Assembly: GCA_036918135.1 (NCBI GenBank)
Contig: JBALDB010000055.1
Coordinates: forward strand, 1-64,000
Source: Nostoc sp.
GTDB taxonomy: Bacteria; Cyanobacteriota; Cyanobacteriia; Cyanobacteriales; Nostocaceae
Length of the DNA: 64,000 nt
Direction: 5' to 3'
How positions within the stretch are numbered: the first letter of the stretch is position 1; the number at the start of each line of letters is the position of its first letter. The notes below the pieces were generated by a model that was not told the origin of the DNA, did no database searches, and worked only from the letters and a program-made list of their open reading frames with translations. Below are positions 9,468 to 18,430 of this stretch, one piece after another. The translations under genes and the position numbers were made by a program.

Positions 9468-9689
9468 CTAATTTTTCTGATTCAACCAGTGGTCATCGGG
9501 GAAACTGGAGTCAGCTTCAAAGTCAGCATGATTACAGCCGATGACGCCAAAATAAGATAATCCGTTTTGCTGGGTTATAGCTGTGCCCACGTCGCCGGCT
9601 CTAGCTTTGTCTTCATGCCAGCACAGCGGTACTAAAGCTCTGGTATCAAGGCTTAAGGCTAGAGCAATGTAAATCTCTTTCTTTTTCAT
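9468..9689 (-). CDS. Hypothetical protein
   Basis: 73 aa ORF in leftward element operon. Confidence 0.6.
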   Translation of the reverse strand: MKKKEIYIALALSLDTRALVPLCWHEDKARAGDVGTAITQQNGLSYFGVIGCNHADFEADSSFPDDHWLNQKN

Positions 9690-9762
9690 TGGCGTTAGTT
9701 ATTGGTCATTGGTTTCCGCGATCGCAACCCTAAGACAACCGCTCTAGGGTCGCGATCGCATT

Positions 9763-9800
9763 AAAAACCGTCCTTACCTATGCAGGCAGGACGGTTTTTT
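9763..9800. terminator. Bidirectional terminator
   Basis: AAAAACCGTCCT...AGGACGGTTTTT. Confidence 0.7.
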
Positions 9801-10158
9801 ATTGAGTTTCCTCAGTTGAGTTTTGGAGATTTTCCGCTAACTCTTCAAATTGCTGAATCCTTGACTGAAGATAATCTATTTCATCTTGGGTTTGCTCAAT
9901 AAGAGATTGTTTAGAAGCCACCTGACTACGGTAGTCCTGAATCAGCTGGCTAACTGTTCCCCCAAGATATGTTTCTCCAACGGGGACATCAAATGAGTCC
10001 GTGCTATACGCTCTATTAACTCGCTGCGACTGATTCCTAGAGCTTTCGCCCTGCCGTCCAGTATCTCCGCTCCTTCTGGCGTTAGCGAAACTGTGAAATC
10101 TTTCTTGTTCTGTCCATACAAGCCGTGTGTTGTTTTCCGACCCATCTATATTACCCAT
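9799..10158 (-). CDS. Coiled-coil hypothetical protein overlapping the RHH gene (start uncertain)
   Basis: C-terminal heptads LIEQTQDEIDYLQSRIQQFEELAENLQ; ends at the terminator. Confidence 0.45.
   Translation of the reverse strand: MGNIDGSENNTRLVWTEQERFHSFANARRSGDTGRQGESSRNQSQRVNRAYSTDSFDVPVGETYLGGTVSQLIQDYRSQVASKQSLIEQTQDEIDYLQSRIQQFEELAENLQNSTEETQ
9942..10145 (-). CDS. CopG/ribbon-helix-helix transcriptional regulator
   Basis: FTVSLTPEGAEILDGRAKALGISRSELIERIAR. Confidence 0.8.
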   Translation of the reverse strand: MGRKTTHGLYGQNKKDFTVSLTPEGAEILDGRAKALGISRSELIERIARTHLMSPLEKHILGEQLAS

Positions 10159-10241
10159 GTAAATTATTCCTATTTTACCCATGTAATATGTTGCAGTCTT
10201 TACCCATGCAATGTTACTATAACTCAAGATTGCATGGGTAA
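10151..10241. promoter_or_regulatory. Operator array TTACCCATGYAA (3 direct, 1 inverted)
   Basis: Direct copies at 10151, 10175, 10200; inverted copy at 10230-10241; immediately upstream of the RHH gene. Confidence 0.75.
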
Positions 10242-10629
10242 TGTAATTGTACGCAATATTGCTCCCCAACGCCTTGCATTTGCGTTGCACCCTGGAGCTT
10301 TCCACCCGCGCCTTGACCTTGCGTGGACACACCCTCTACCTAACTCCCAACCAGACAGAGATAGCAGCCTGTAGCCACTGAGGCAATGTAAAGATCTGCT
10401 GGGGAGTCAATTAACAAGACAAAACCCAAAAGTAATGGAGGTAAATTCTAACTCAAAAACGCTAAAACCCAATCAGGACATGGCTTTTACCAAAATTAGT
10501 ATTGCGCGATCGCAGTATTAAAACCCCTTCGCAGCGGCACTTAAACCCTGCTACTTCCACAACATGACCCCAGTACGCACAAGCCTAAGTCCTACTTAAG
10601 ACTGTGCGTTATACCCTCATATACCAACT

Positions 10630-10998
10630 ATGGAAACACTACAAACCGCCAGTAATGGCACTCAAACCCCACCAAACACTGACAACAAGCCAAAAAAGGA
10701 CGAGAGGGATAAAACCAGACGACATCTGCCTTCACTGCCAAGTGCAATTTCAGCCGCAGACATGTACTCAGTTGAGTATTCCGCCTTGGCTGACAAAACA
10801 GCCGTCGAATGGAGTTCTTTAGCAAATTACGAGCTGTTCAGCCTTTCACCGGACGGCTCATTTCCGATGATGAAAGTCAGTCGTAGCAAAGCCGTCCGCA
10901 TTGCCGACAAGCAAGTAATGATGGTCGGTTCCGGCCGCTGCTTTCGCGTCTCATTGTCCAATCATCCAAAACCAAAACAAGCCCCAGTCGCGAGCTAG
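10630..10998 (+). CDS. Hypothetical protein
   Basis: 122 aa ORF starting the rightward operon. Confidence 0.6.
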   Translation: METLQTASNGTQTPPNTDNKPKKDERDKTRRHLPSLPSAISAADMYSVEYSALADKTAVEWSSLANYELFSLSPDGSFPMMKVSRSKAVRIADKQVMMVGSGRCFRVSLSNHPKPKQAPVAS

Positions 10999-11040
10999 GA
11001 CTTGTTTGGGGAAATTATCATAAACCACTCAGAATTTACC

Positions 11041-11256
11041 ATGATTGACCCCCAACCGTTAACACCACTTAAGGAATTACTCGCCCAAGTCTCGGCGCTA
11101 ATTGTTAACATCAGCCAACATCCAGATTACAAAAGCCTTGTCAGCAAAGGATATCAGCCAGACCTAAATTTAGCCGATGCCCACACAGCAATCGTGTATT
11201 TGCTTTGGGAAGTAGCACCCCCGCCATTAGATGAGATTGAGGTAAATCATGAGTAA
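11041..11256 (+). CDS. Hypothetical protein
   Basis: ATG at 11041 within ORF 11002-11256; overlaps next gene. Confidence 0.55.
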   Translation: MIDPQPLTPLKELLAQVSALIVNISQHPDYKSLVSKGYQPDLNLADAHTAIVYLLWEVAPPPLDEIEVNHE

Positions 11257-11461
11257 CCAGCCGCCCAAAATTCGCTGCATCCCTCATATCTCCAGTTCTG
11301 CCTCACCAGAGAAGTTTCACCAAATTCTCGGCGAACTGGACGACAAAAACCCCAACTGTCCTTACAACGTAGATGCAGCCGAAACCCTAGCAAAACCTCC
11401 AGAGAGACGCGGCTGGCAACAGTCCTATGTTGATGCAGTAGAGCGGTGGGAGGAAGAATGA
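11249..11461 (+). CDS. Hypothetical protein
   Basis: 70 aa; overlaps both neighbours. Confidence 0.55.
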   Translation: MSNQPPKIRCIPHISSSASPEKFHQILGELDDKNPNCPYNVDAAETLAKPPERRGWQQSYVDAVERWEEE

Positions 11462-11580
11462 GCCAACTACTAATTCTGCTGTTGACCCTAGCTGCACTGC
11501 TCGTCGGCATCATTGCACTTTGCAAACATCAATCTAGCCAGCCTTTCTACTTCAAAATTGAGGTGCAGTATGGCAAATGA
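11458..11580 (+). CDS. Small single-TM membrane protein (MSQLLILLLTLAALLVGIIALCKHQ..., 40 aa)
   Basis: Own translation; ATGA overlap with previous gene and overlap with the ATPase start. Confidence 0.55.
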   Translation: MSQLLILLLTLAALLVGIIALCKHQSSQPFYFKIEVQYGK

Positions 11581-12781
11581 CTTAATTGACATCAAAGTTG
11601 CCACTCCTCCTAAAACCGCTAACGCCCACACCTGGGTTGAGATGCACTTGCCAGACAGTAAAACTCTACTGCGTTACTGTGCTTGGGGAGTAGGGAGAGT
11701 ACTGTTTTCAGCTTCACTGTTCGGTGTAAATGTCACCCGCGCTACCTTCAAATTCGGCGTTTGGCTGTGTGACGGCTTTGAGAACGGGGTCAAGCGCTTG
11801 CTTAAAGTCTACGACGCTCTCCCTTACGCTGGCACTCCCATGACTCAAGTCATTGAAGCCAGCGCTGCTGTTGTTGAGGAGCCACTAGAAATAATCACCG
11901 ATATCATCAGTGCCATTGAGGGTAAACAGGTGATGATCATCGGCGAGATGGGCACTGGAAAGTCTACCCTCGCCCAATATCTCGCCTATACCGTGGGTGG
12001 TCGCGTTCGTGTCTACGAGTGTGAAGGGACGCCGACCGACTGGCAGGGGCTTGAGGTACTGGGACGCGGTGAGAATTGGTCTGCTATTAACCAGGGAATG
12101 AGCGATGACCTAGAGGACTTGTCTAACCAGATGAAGATCCGAGAGGAACACGGTGACGCTGCTCTAGTTGGCAGTGAGCGCGTAATCATCGTCGAGGAGT
12201 ACCCCGAACTCGTTTCAAAGGTAGAGAATTCCGGCGAATGGCTCGACCGTCACGCAAGAAGGGGACGCAAGGCAAAGCGGTTTACAGTCTTACTCTCGCA
12301 GTATGACCGCGTTGGAGCCTGGGGGCTGGAAGGCAAGAGCGATTTGGGTGATGCTTTCTACCGTATCCGCTTGGGTAAAAAAGCTCTAGCTCATGCCAAA
12401 AGCTTGAAAAATGAGCAACTTATCAACTGGTTAAAGCTCGACCAGTCCCACTGCTTGCTCGACGATCAGCCGTTAAGACTCCCCCCATACCGCGAGATGA
12501 AAGCCGCAGCGCTGCGCGGTGGTTCAACCATACCCCAACCATACACCGACAACGCAAATAAGCCCGAAAAAGGAGTAGAAAATGACCTCAAAACCGCTCA
12601 GGGAGCCGATTTGTCCGAAAATTGTTCGGATAATGACCGCTTACTTTGGCGGCTAATTGTGCGACTTGGAGAGGGGAAAAGCGATAGCACGATTGTCACT
12701 GAGGTGCTGGGCTTCACTGGCAAGCGCTACGGTGAGGGGATGTCCCTGCTGGAGCGGTTAAGAAAACAGTTCGGCAACTAA
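11570..12781 (+). CDS. P-loop ATPase, FtsK/HerA-like DNA translocase or packaging ATPase
   Basis: Walker A GEMGTGKST, Walker B IIVEE, RRGRK and LLSQ motifs, hydrophobic N-terminal segment; probable ATG at 11570. Confidence 0.7.
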   Translation: MANDLIDIKVATPPKTANAHTWVEMHLPDSKTLLRYCAWGVGRVLFSASLFGVNVTRATFKFGVWLCDGFENGVKRLLKVYDALPYAGTPMTQVIEASAAVVEEPLEIITDIISAIEGKQVMIIGEMGTGKSTLAQYLAYTVGGRVRVYECEGTPTDWQGLEVLGRGENWSAINQGMSDDLEDLSNQMKIREEHGDAALVGSERVIIVEEYPELVSKVENSGEWLDRHARRGRKAKRFTVLLSQYDRVGAWGLEGKSDLGDAFYRIRLGKKALAHAKSLKNEQLINWLKLDQSHCLLDDQPLRLPPYREMKAAALRGGSTIPQPYTDNANKPEKGVENDLKTAQGADLSENCSDNDRLLWRLIVRLGEGKSDSTIVTEVLGFTGKRYGEGMSLLERLRKQFGN

Positions 12782-12849
12782 TTAAAGGCGATCGCGGTTG
12801 CATTACGCGACCGCCGTGCATCTATTCAAGTTAAAAATATCACAAACCT

Positions 12850-13218
12850 ATGCAAGTCAAAACTATTTCTTACAAACGAGTCCTCAACCTCGGAAGTTAC
12901 GAAAACAAGCATCTAGAACTCTGGGCTGAAGTATCAGAAGGGGAAGACGACGAGGAGGCAACTTCTCTACTAATGGAGAAGGTAGAGCGAAAAATTAGGG
13001 AGTCGCAAGAAAAGGGAATTGTGACTCAAATTCAAACTTTAGAGACAAAAGCTAGTTATCTAAAAGAGCGGATTTCCTACTATGAAGAGAAGCTACAAGA
13101 ACTCAAATACAAGGAAGAGGAGTTAAATCAACAAGCAGAAGAACCCGACCCAGATGATATCCCTTTTGAGAGCGGGGAAGCTCCTCAGACCAACAATCAA
13201 GAACTTAGCAATTTTTAG
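12850..13218 (+). CDS. Hypothetical coiled-coil protein with acidic DDIPF motif
   Basis: 122 aa ORF. Confidence 0.65.
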   Translation: MQVKTISYKRVLNLGSYENKHLELWAEVSEGEDDEEATSLLMEKVERKIRESQEKGIVTQIQTLETKASYLKERISYYEEKLQELKYKEEELNQQAEEPDPDDIPFESGEAPQTNNQELSNF

Positions 13219-13226
13219 GAGATGTA

Positions 13227-13454
13227 ATGGTTGTTGAAAAAGACGACGAATTTATTCATATCCCTAGAGATGAATATGTAATTAACGTTTTGGCAACGGG
13301 AATAGCTATACAAATTCTTTCTCAAAAAACTGGAATATCAATTCAATCATGGAGCCAGCATCTATCAAAAAAAGCCGCTGAGCGATACGAGCAGCTATCC
13401 GCCAAACAAATTCAGCAAGTAATTGACACTTGTGAAGCAATAAGAAAAGCCTGA
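13227..13454 (+). CDS. Hypothetical protein
   Basis: 75 aa ORF preceded by AGGAG. Confidence 0.65.
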   Translation: MVVEKDDEFIHIPRDEYVINVLATGIAIQILSQKTGISIQSWSQHLSKKAAERYEQLSAKQIQQVIDTCEAIRKA

Positions 13455-13489
13455 CGAGCCGGACTGACTCATCGGCGAAACGCGATCGC

Positions 13490-13730
13490 ACCACCGCGTC
13501 GCGTCGCGGTCTGGAGTCCAACCCAGACGTACAGCGCATACACACAGCAGCTTAGGGCTTTTCAGTAGAAACAAGCTTTATGGCTTTCTTTGATTCTCAA
13601 GCTCGGCTGCTGTGGTTGTGCTGTTCCCTCCCTGTGTCGCCGTCAGTTCCCGCTGACGGCTATTGCCTTGAGAGTGAATTAGGCTCAAAGGGCCTTCGGG
13701 TGATTCGCAGGCAGACATCAGGGACATAAA
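13490..13730 (+). ncRNA. Candidate IS110 bridge RNA (5' hairpins, target-binding loop, donor-binding loop)
   Basis: Long stems 13531-13560/13599-13624 and 13629-13668/13709-13724, each enclosing an internal loop capped by a hairpin; loop segments match the junction at 15268-15280. Confidence 0.8.
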
Positions 13731-13752
13731 CTGAACCACCCAGGAGAACTGA

Positions 13753-14940
13753 ATGATTAAAATTTTGGGACTTGATGTGAGCAAGTCCTCAGTTTCGGCT
13801 TGCCTGCTAACAGAAAAACCCGAAGACCCACGTCAATTTTATTATGAATGTCCGTTTAATTGCTTTAGCGCCAATGCTCAAGGGATTAAAGCTTTGTTAG
13901 AGCTAAAGCCGGACATTGCTCTGATGGAACCGACTGGCAGTAACTACAGTAAGCTTTGGGGTACTCATTTAGCACGAAGCGGGGTAGAGGTGCGGTTGGT
14001 CGGTCATAAAGAGTTAAAAAATTATCGGGCTAATCATCTTGCCTTGCCAGACAAGGATGATGATGCAGATTCGTTAGCCTTGGCTTGTTACTACTTCGAC
14101 TACCACGCCGACCCACGGCGATTTGTCCAAATCCGCGACCTGACGATAGTTAAAATTCGAGAACTGGTGCTGAGACTGGCTCACCTCAACCGAGTGCAAT
14201 CACCCATTATCAACCGTGCCCGTCAGGATTTAGCCTGGCAGTTTCCAGAGGTAGCACTGGTACGCTCTCTGCGGGGTGAGTCTGGTGAAGTGCCTTTACT
14301 TTGGGGTTGGCTAGCTGGTGAACGCAAAAGTACGCGTTACGATCGTCTTTACGCTCAAACGGCTGGCTTGGGGATTACAGACACGGTTCGCCAACATGCA
14401 AAACGCATCTGTAATCTCCAGCGCGAAGAATACGCCATTGAGGTAGAGTTGCAACAATTGCTTGCTGATGCGCGGTTTCAACCTTACCGTCAAGTTTTTA
14501 AAAAGTTTGGCTTTGGCGATCGCCTCTCATCGGTGCTGATATCCCAGATTTACCCGATTGAGGGATTCCTGGATGCCGACCGTAGACCAGAGGTGAAAAT
14601 CCTAAGCGGGCGAAATTCTAAAAAGCCAACTAAACGGCATCTATCATTACGCCGATTCCAGAAAGCGTTAGGTGCTGCCCCGTCGCTGGTGGCATCGGGT
14701 GACAGCAAGAAGACTAAAGTTGTGGGCGGTTCTGACTTATGTCGTAAGGCTTTGTGGCAGTGGGTCTACACTCGGATTGAGCCACAGCGATCGCGATTAA
14801 AAAATGATATTGGTCAACAACTGGGGAGTCAGTTGGATGCTGAGAAAGCTGCTGGTCGCCCTGCAAAGTTGATTAGAAATCGCATTGCAGCTAAGGCGGC
14901 AAGACTATTATTTAGAGAACTAGTTAAAGATTTGACGTGA
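13753..14940 (+). CDS. IS110-family DEDD recombinase
   Basis: GLDVSK, MEPTG and KDDDAD (RuvC-like DEDD); C-terminal LGAAPSLVASG with putative catalytic Ser; RBS AGGAGA. Confidence 0.9.
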   Translation: MIKILGLDVSKSSVSACLLTEKPEDPRQFYYECPFNCFSANAQGIKALLELKPDIALMEPTGSNYSKLWGTHLARSGVEVRLVGHKELKNYRANHLALPDKDDDADSLALACYYFDYHADPRRFVQIRDLTIVKIRELVLRLAHLNRVQSPIINRARQDLAWQFPEVALVRSLRGESGEVPLLWGWLAGERKSTRYDRLYAQTAGLGITDTVRQHAKRICNLQREEYAIEVELQQLLADARFQPYRQVFKKFGFGDRLSSVLISQIYPIEGFLDADRRPEVKILSGRNSKKPTKRHLSLRRFQKALGAAPSLVASGDSKKTKVVGGSDLCRKALWQWVYTRIEPQRSRLKNDIGQQLGSQLDAEKAAGRPAKLIRNRIAAKAARLLFRELVKDLT

Positions 14941-14944
14941 CGAA

Positions 14945-15274
14945 ATGGAGATTTTAACTTGCTACTACAAACTTGAAGGACAGACACCCGTCGCTGTTGA
15001 ATCGTTTATGGAGTGGTCTTTCTGGATGGCGGCGGCTGCCATTGCCGACATTACAGTTATGGTCAACGAATTCAACGGCTGCATGATTTCAACCAAGTTT
15101 GTAGGCATAGACTTAAATCCTGGCAGATGCAACTCTGGATCTAAGCCAATGGTGTTTGAAACGTTAGTCATGGGTGGGGTAATGGATGGAAAAAGAAACT
15201 TCTACCCTACCTGGGATGAAGCAATACAGGGGCATCTCAAAATATGCACTCAAGTTTTTAGATTGTTAGAGTGA
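14945..15274 (+). CDS. Hypothetical protein, last gene of the element
   Basis: 109 aa, 4 nt after the IS110 stop; its TGA lies within the predicted recombination junction. Confidence 0.7.
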   Translation: MEILTCYYKLEGQTPVAVESFMEWSFWMAAAAIADITVMVNEFNGCMISTKFVGIDLNPGRCNSGSKPMVFETLVMGGVMDGKRNFYPTWDEAIQGHLKICTQVFRLLE

Positions 15275-15280
15275 ATCAAA
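15268..15280 (+). other. Predicted right recombination junction (attR-like) AGAGTGAATCAAA
   Basis: AGAGTGAAT identical to ncRNA 13671-13679; GAATCAAA is the reverse complement of ncRNA 13589-13596. Confidence 0.75.
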
Positions 15281-15365
15281 ACTGCGATCGCTCTATTTCA
15301 GTCTCAACTTGTACAATCTGTAAGTCGATGAAAGCCCTTTTGGCGAAAGCGTTCATTTTTACTTT

Positions 15366-16184
15366 TTAAACTTGATGAACTAATTTCCAACTTACCATCA
15401 TTAAGATTGCATAAATAATAAACCGTAGTGGGCGTTGCGGAGCTAGTTGGCAGACTTTAGCACCTACTAATACTCCTGGAATAGAACCTAACCATATAGG
15501 CACTACCACACTCCAATCAACTGTTCCCAGGCTGAGGTGTCCAAGGGAGGTAAACAGTAATAAAATGGCTGCGTGGGAAATATCTGTACCCACTAACTTA
15601 CGTGCATCAAGACGGAAAAATGCAATCATTAGTAGGGCAAACATTGAACCTGAGGAGACGCTTGTTAAACCAACTAAGCAGCCCAAAATTGCTCCTAAAG
15701 TCATTGTTTTCAAACGACCAAAGTTAGTTTCTAAGTTTAATTTTGGTAATTCGGGTAAATTAAACTTGGGGAAAAAAGTCAACAGTAATAATTGTATTAA
15801 TGCTAACAAGGTAACTAATAGAATCATCACCCCAAGCAAACGAAGCAAAATACTATCTAGGTTATACTCGCCGGTGCGTTTGATCGAGTGCAAAATTCCC
15901 ACCCCAAACAGTGAGCCTGGAACACTTCCAAATGCAAGCCATTTGACAACTTCTGTGTCAAGAGTTTTCTGTTGACAATGCTTGACGCTACCAACAATCT
16001 TCATCAATGTCGCAGCCACAACATCAGAACTCACAGCAATAGAAGGCGGAACCTGAAAGACAAAAATCAACATTGGGGTGATCAGAGAGGCTCCGCCAAT
16101 TCCGGTTAAACCAACAATGATGCCAACGAAGAAGCTTAAAAATGGTAGTAATAGATAGTGCATATTCTTCAGGAATTTCCACAA
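15366..16184 (-). CDS. Sulfite exporter TauE/SafE family membrane protein
   Basis: GLTGIGGASLITP, LVGTDISHA, multiple TM helices. Confidence 0.85.
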   Translation of the reverse strand: MWKFLKNMHYLLLPFLSFFVGIIVGLTGIGGASLITPMLIFVFQVPPSIAVSSDVVAATLMKIVGSVKHCQQKTLDTEVVKWLAFGSVPGSLFGVGILHSIKRTGEYNLDSILLRLLGVMILLVTLLALIQLLLLTFFPKFNLPELPKLNLETNFGRLKTMTLGAILGCLVGLTSVSSGSMFALLMIAFFRLDARKLVGTDISHAAILLLFTSLGHLSLGTVDWSVVVPIWLGSIPGVLVGAKVCQLAPQRPLRFIIYAILMMVSWKLVHQV

Positions 16185-16549
16185 TCAGCTATCAAGTATC
16201 TGCACGTTCAAAGTCGTGTTATTAGTGAAGAGACTAAGTTAGGGTTTAAATTCCCAAACAAAGCCTTGATAACTGTTCTTGTTCGCTGATTGCTGAATTA
16301 CTACTCCTAACTAATTTTTTTGCAGTATTACACATAAAAGCCGGTAATCCGACTAGCTTACCGTATTTTAATCTTAATTACGATCGAACGTCTACTGTAT
16401 TCGCTTTGTATAGGGAGTGGAGATTGGGGAAGGTGGAGCTCCCTCTGGGGATAAGGGGTAATAGAGAAAAGTTTTCCCCAATCCTCAATCCTCAATACTT
16501 TGGATTGAGAAATACTTGATTTTTAAAATTTTTAATGCTAAATTAATTC

Positions 16550-16563
16550 AGACCAAAAGGTCT
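16550..16563. promoter_or_regulatory. Probable TetR operator AGACC-N4-GGTCT
   Basis: Palindrome upstream of the TetR gene; second copy at 17249-17262. Confidence 0.7.
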
Positions 16564-16574
16564 CAAATAATTTA

Positions 16575-17162
16575 ATGTCTAAAGGTAAAGAAACGAAAAG
16601 CAGAATTCTCCAGCAAGCAGCCGAACTGTTTAACCAACAGGGGTATGCAGGCTCATCTATGTCAGACATCATGCGTGTCACTGGATTGCAAAAAGGAGGA
16701 ATTTACAATCACTTCCAAAGCAAAGATGATTTAGCGCTACAGGCTTTTGAGTTTGCGATCGCCTGCATCCAACAGCACACTAGAGCTGCCTTGCGAAACA
16801 AACGCCATGCAGTGGAACGTCTGCAAGCAATCATTGGAGTCTTTAGCAGTTTTGCAGAAAATCCACCGATCAAGGGAGGATGTCCATTGCTCAATACTGC
16901 TGTTGAGAGTGATGATGCTCATCCAGCACTGCGCGATCGCGCTCAACAAGCAATGAACTCTTGGCTGAATCTGATTGGTAAAATTATTCAAACAGGAATT
17001 GCAAAAGGTGAAATTCGTCCTGAGGTAAACGCTGATGAAATCGCTACCATCATCATTGCAACCTTGGAAGGAGCCATCATGATGAGCAAGCTTTATGGTG
17101 ATTCAATTCACATGCACAGGGTAATTAATCACCTGAATCAATATTTAGAAACTCACCTTTAA
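16575..17162 (+). CDS. TetR/AcrR family regulator
   Basis: N-terminal HTH MSDIMRVTGLQKGGIYNHF; GGCP motif. Confidence 0.95.
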   Translation: MSKGKETKSRILQQAAELFNQQGYAGSSMSDIMRVTGLQKGGIYNHFQSKDDLALQAFEFAIACIQQHTRAALRNKRHAVERLQAIIGVFSSFAENPPIKGGCPLLNTAVESDDAHPALRDRAQQAMNSWLNLIGKIIQTGIAKGEIRPEVNADEIATIIIATLEGAIMMSKLYGDSIHMHRVINHLNQYLETHL

Positions 17163-17248
17163 ATATATAAAAGTTTGAAATTATTGTAATTATCCAGGCT
17201 AAAAAGATGAGCAAAATTTATCTCAGAGGAATTATTTCGACCATTTAC

Positions 17249-17262
17249 AGACCGATTGGTCT
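17249..17262. promoter_or_regulatory. Probable TetR operator AGACCGATTGGTCT
   Basis: Same palindrome upstream of the thioesterase-GST pair. Confidence 0.7.
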
Positions 17263-17289
17263 TTAAAATTAGTTTATTTAGGACAAATC

Positions 17290-17721
17290 ATGATAGTAAA
17301 TGACATACACAGACCATTAGAGATAGTATTGGCAATTTCTGTAAGGACATACGACATCGACTTCATAGGAATTGTTAGTAATATTGTTTATATCAGATGG
17401 CTAGAGGATTTACGTTTAAAATTTTTAGATGAACATTGGCAACTCAGTCAACAGCTTGAGCAAGGATATGCACCTGTTTTAGCTGGAACTGAAATTGAAT
17501 ATAAACGTCCGATAAAGATTAGCGATCGCGTGATTGGGCATTTATGGTTAAGTAATTTAGGACGTTTGAAGTGGACTGTGAAAGCAGAAATTATATCTAA
17601 CAATGAGTTAGCAGCAGTAGCTATCCAAAAAGGTGCTTTTATTAGTTTACAAAATGGTCGTCCGATTAAAATTCCAGAAGAATTGCAAAAGAAATATTTT
17701 CACTATCAGCAAACGACTTAG
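17290..17721 (+). CDS. Acyl-CoA thioesterase (4HBT/hotdog fold)
   Basis: VRTYDIDFIGIVSNIVYIRWLE. Confidence 0.9.
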   Translation: MIVNDIHRPLEIVLAISVRTYDIDFIGIVSNIVYIRWLEDLRLKFLDEHWQLSQQLEQGYAPVLAGTEIEYKRPIKISDRVIGHLWLSNLGRLKWTVKAEIISNNELAAVAIQKGAFISLQNGRPIKIPEELQKKYFHYQQTT

Positions 17722-17764
17722 TAAATTGAAATGTCGAAATTATTTTATTGATTAAGGATTCAAA

Positions 17765-18430
17765 ATGTTGAAATTTTACTATAATCCTCTTTCGCCAAAT
17801 GCTCGTCGTGTGTGGCTCACTTTACTGGAAAAAAGAATTCCCTTTGAATCAGTTTTGATAAAGTTAGATGGCGATCAACTCCAAGGAGAGTTTGCGACGA
17901 TTAACCCCTTTCATCATATTCCGGTTGTTGTGGATGATGGTTTTCGAGTTGTCGAATCCTTGGCAATTATGGACTATTTAGAAGCTAAATATCCTACACC
18001 CGCGATGCTACCTTCTGAACCTCAAGCGTTAGCTACAGTGAGGATGGTGCAATTAGTCACTAGTAACGAATTATTTCCACAAATCATTTCACTAATTTAT
18101 GAAAGTGAAGATTCTCCACAAGCTGCACAAGCAAAACAGCATATAGATAAGGTACTGCAATTTTTTACTCAAGTGCTTGGCGATTGCTCTTTTTTTGGTA
18201 GCAAACAGTTAACTTTAGCAGATATTGTTGCGGGAATAGGTATATTTTCATTACCTAATTTAGGTGTTAATCTTAGTGACTACCCCAGATTAGAGGAATG
18301 GTCTGAGCGCTTGATGCAACGTCCAGCATGGCAGAAAACCAAATTAAGCAGCGAAGAATTTGAAGTATTTAAAGAGCGAGTTAGAGCTTTGGTGATGTTG
18401 CGTAGAAAGAAAGCCAATGAAAACAAATAA
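17765..18430 (+). CDS. Glutathione S-transferase
   Basis: SPNARRV, NPFHHIP, ESLAI, TLADI motifs. Confidence 0.92.
   Translation: MLKFYYNPLSPNARRVWLTLLEKRIPFESVLIKLDGDQLQGEFATINPFHHIPVVVDDGFRVVESLAIMDYLEAKYPTPAMLPSEPQALATVRMVQLVTSNELFPQIISLIYESEDSPQAAQAKQHIDKVLQFFTQVLGDCSFFGSKQLTLADIVAGIGIFSLPNLGVNLSDYPRLEEWSERLMQRPAWQKTKLSSEEFEVFKERVRALVMLRRKKANENK

Larger units (their letters stand above)
1..15276. mobile_element. Integrated phage/plasmid-like element (left end outside window)
   Basis: Cluster of recombinases, replicase, RHH regulator, ATPase and many short hypothetical ORFs. Right end placed at the junction matching the IS110 ncRNA guides; host-type genes follow. Confidence 0.85.

Noticed and set aside
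13455..13752. TIGR or CRISPR-like array upstream of the IS110-like gene
   Set aside because: No periodic repeat-spacer units; the region folds as a single bridge-type RNA and the protein keeps the C-terminal serine motif of recombinases.
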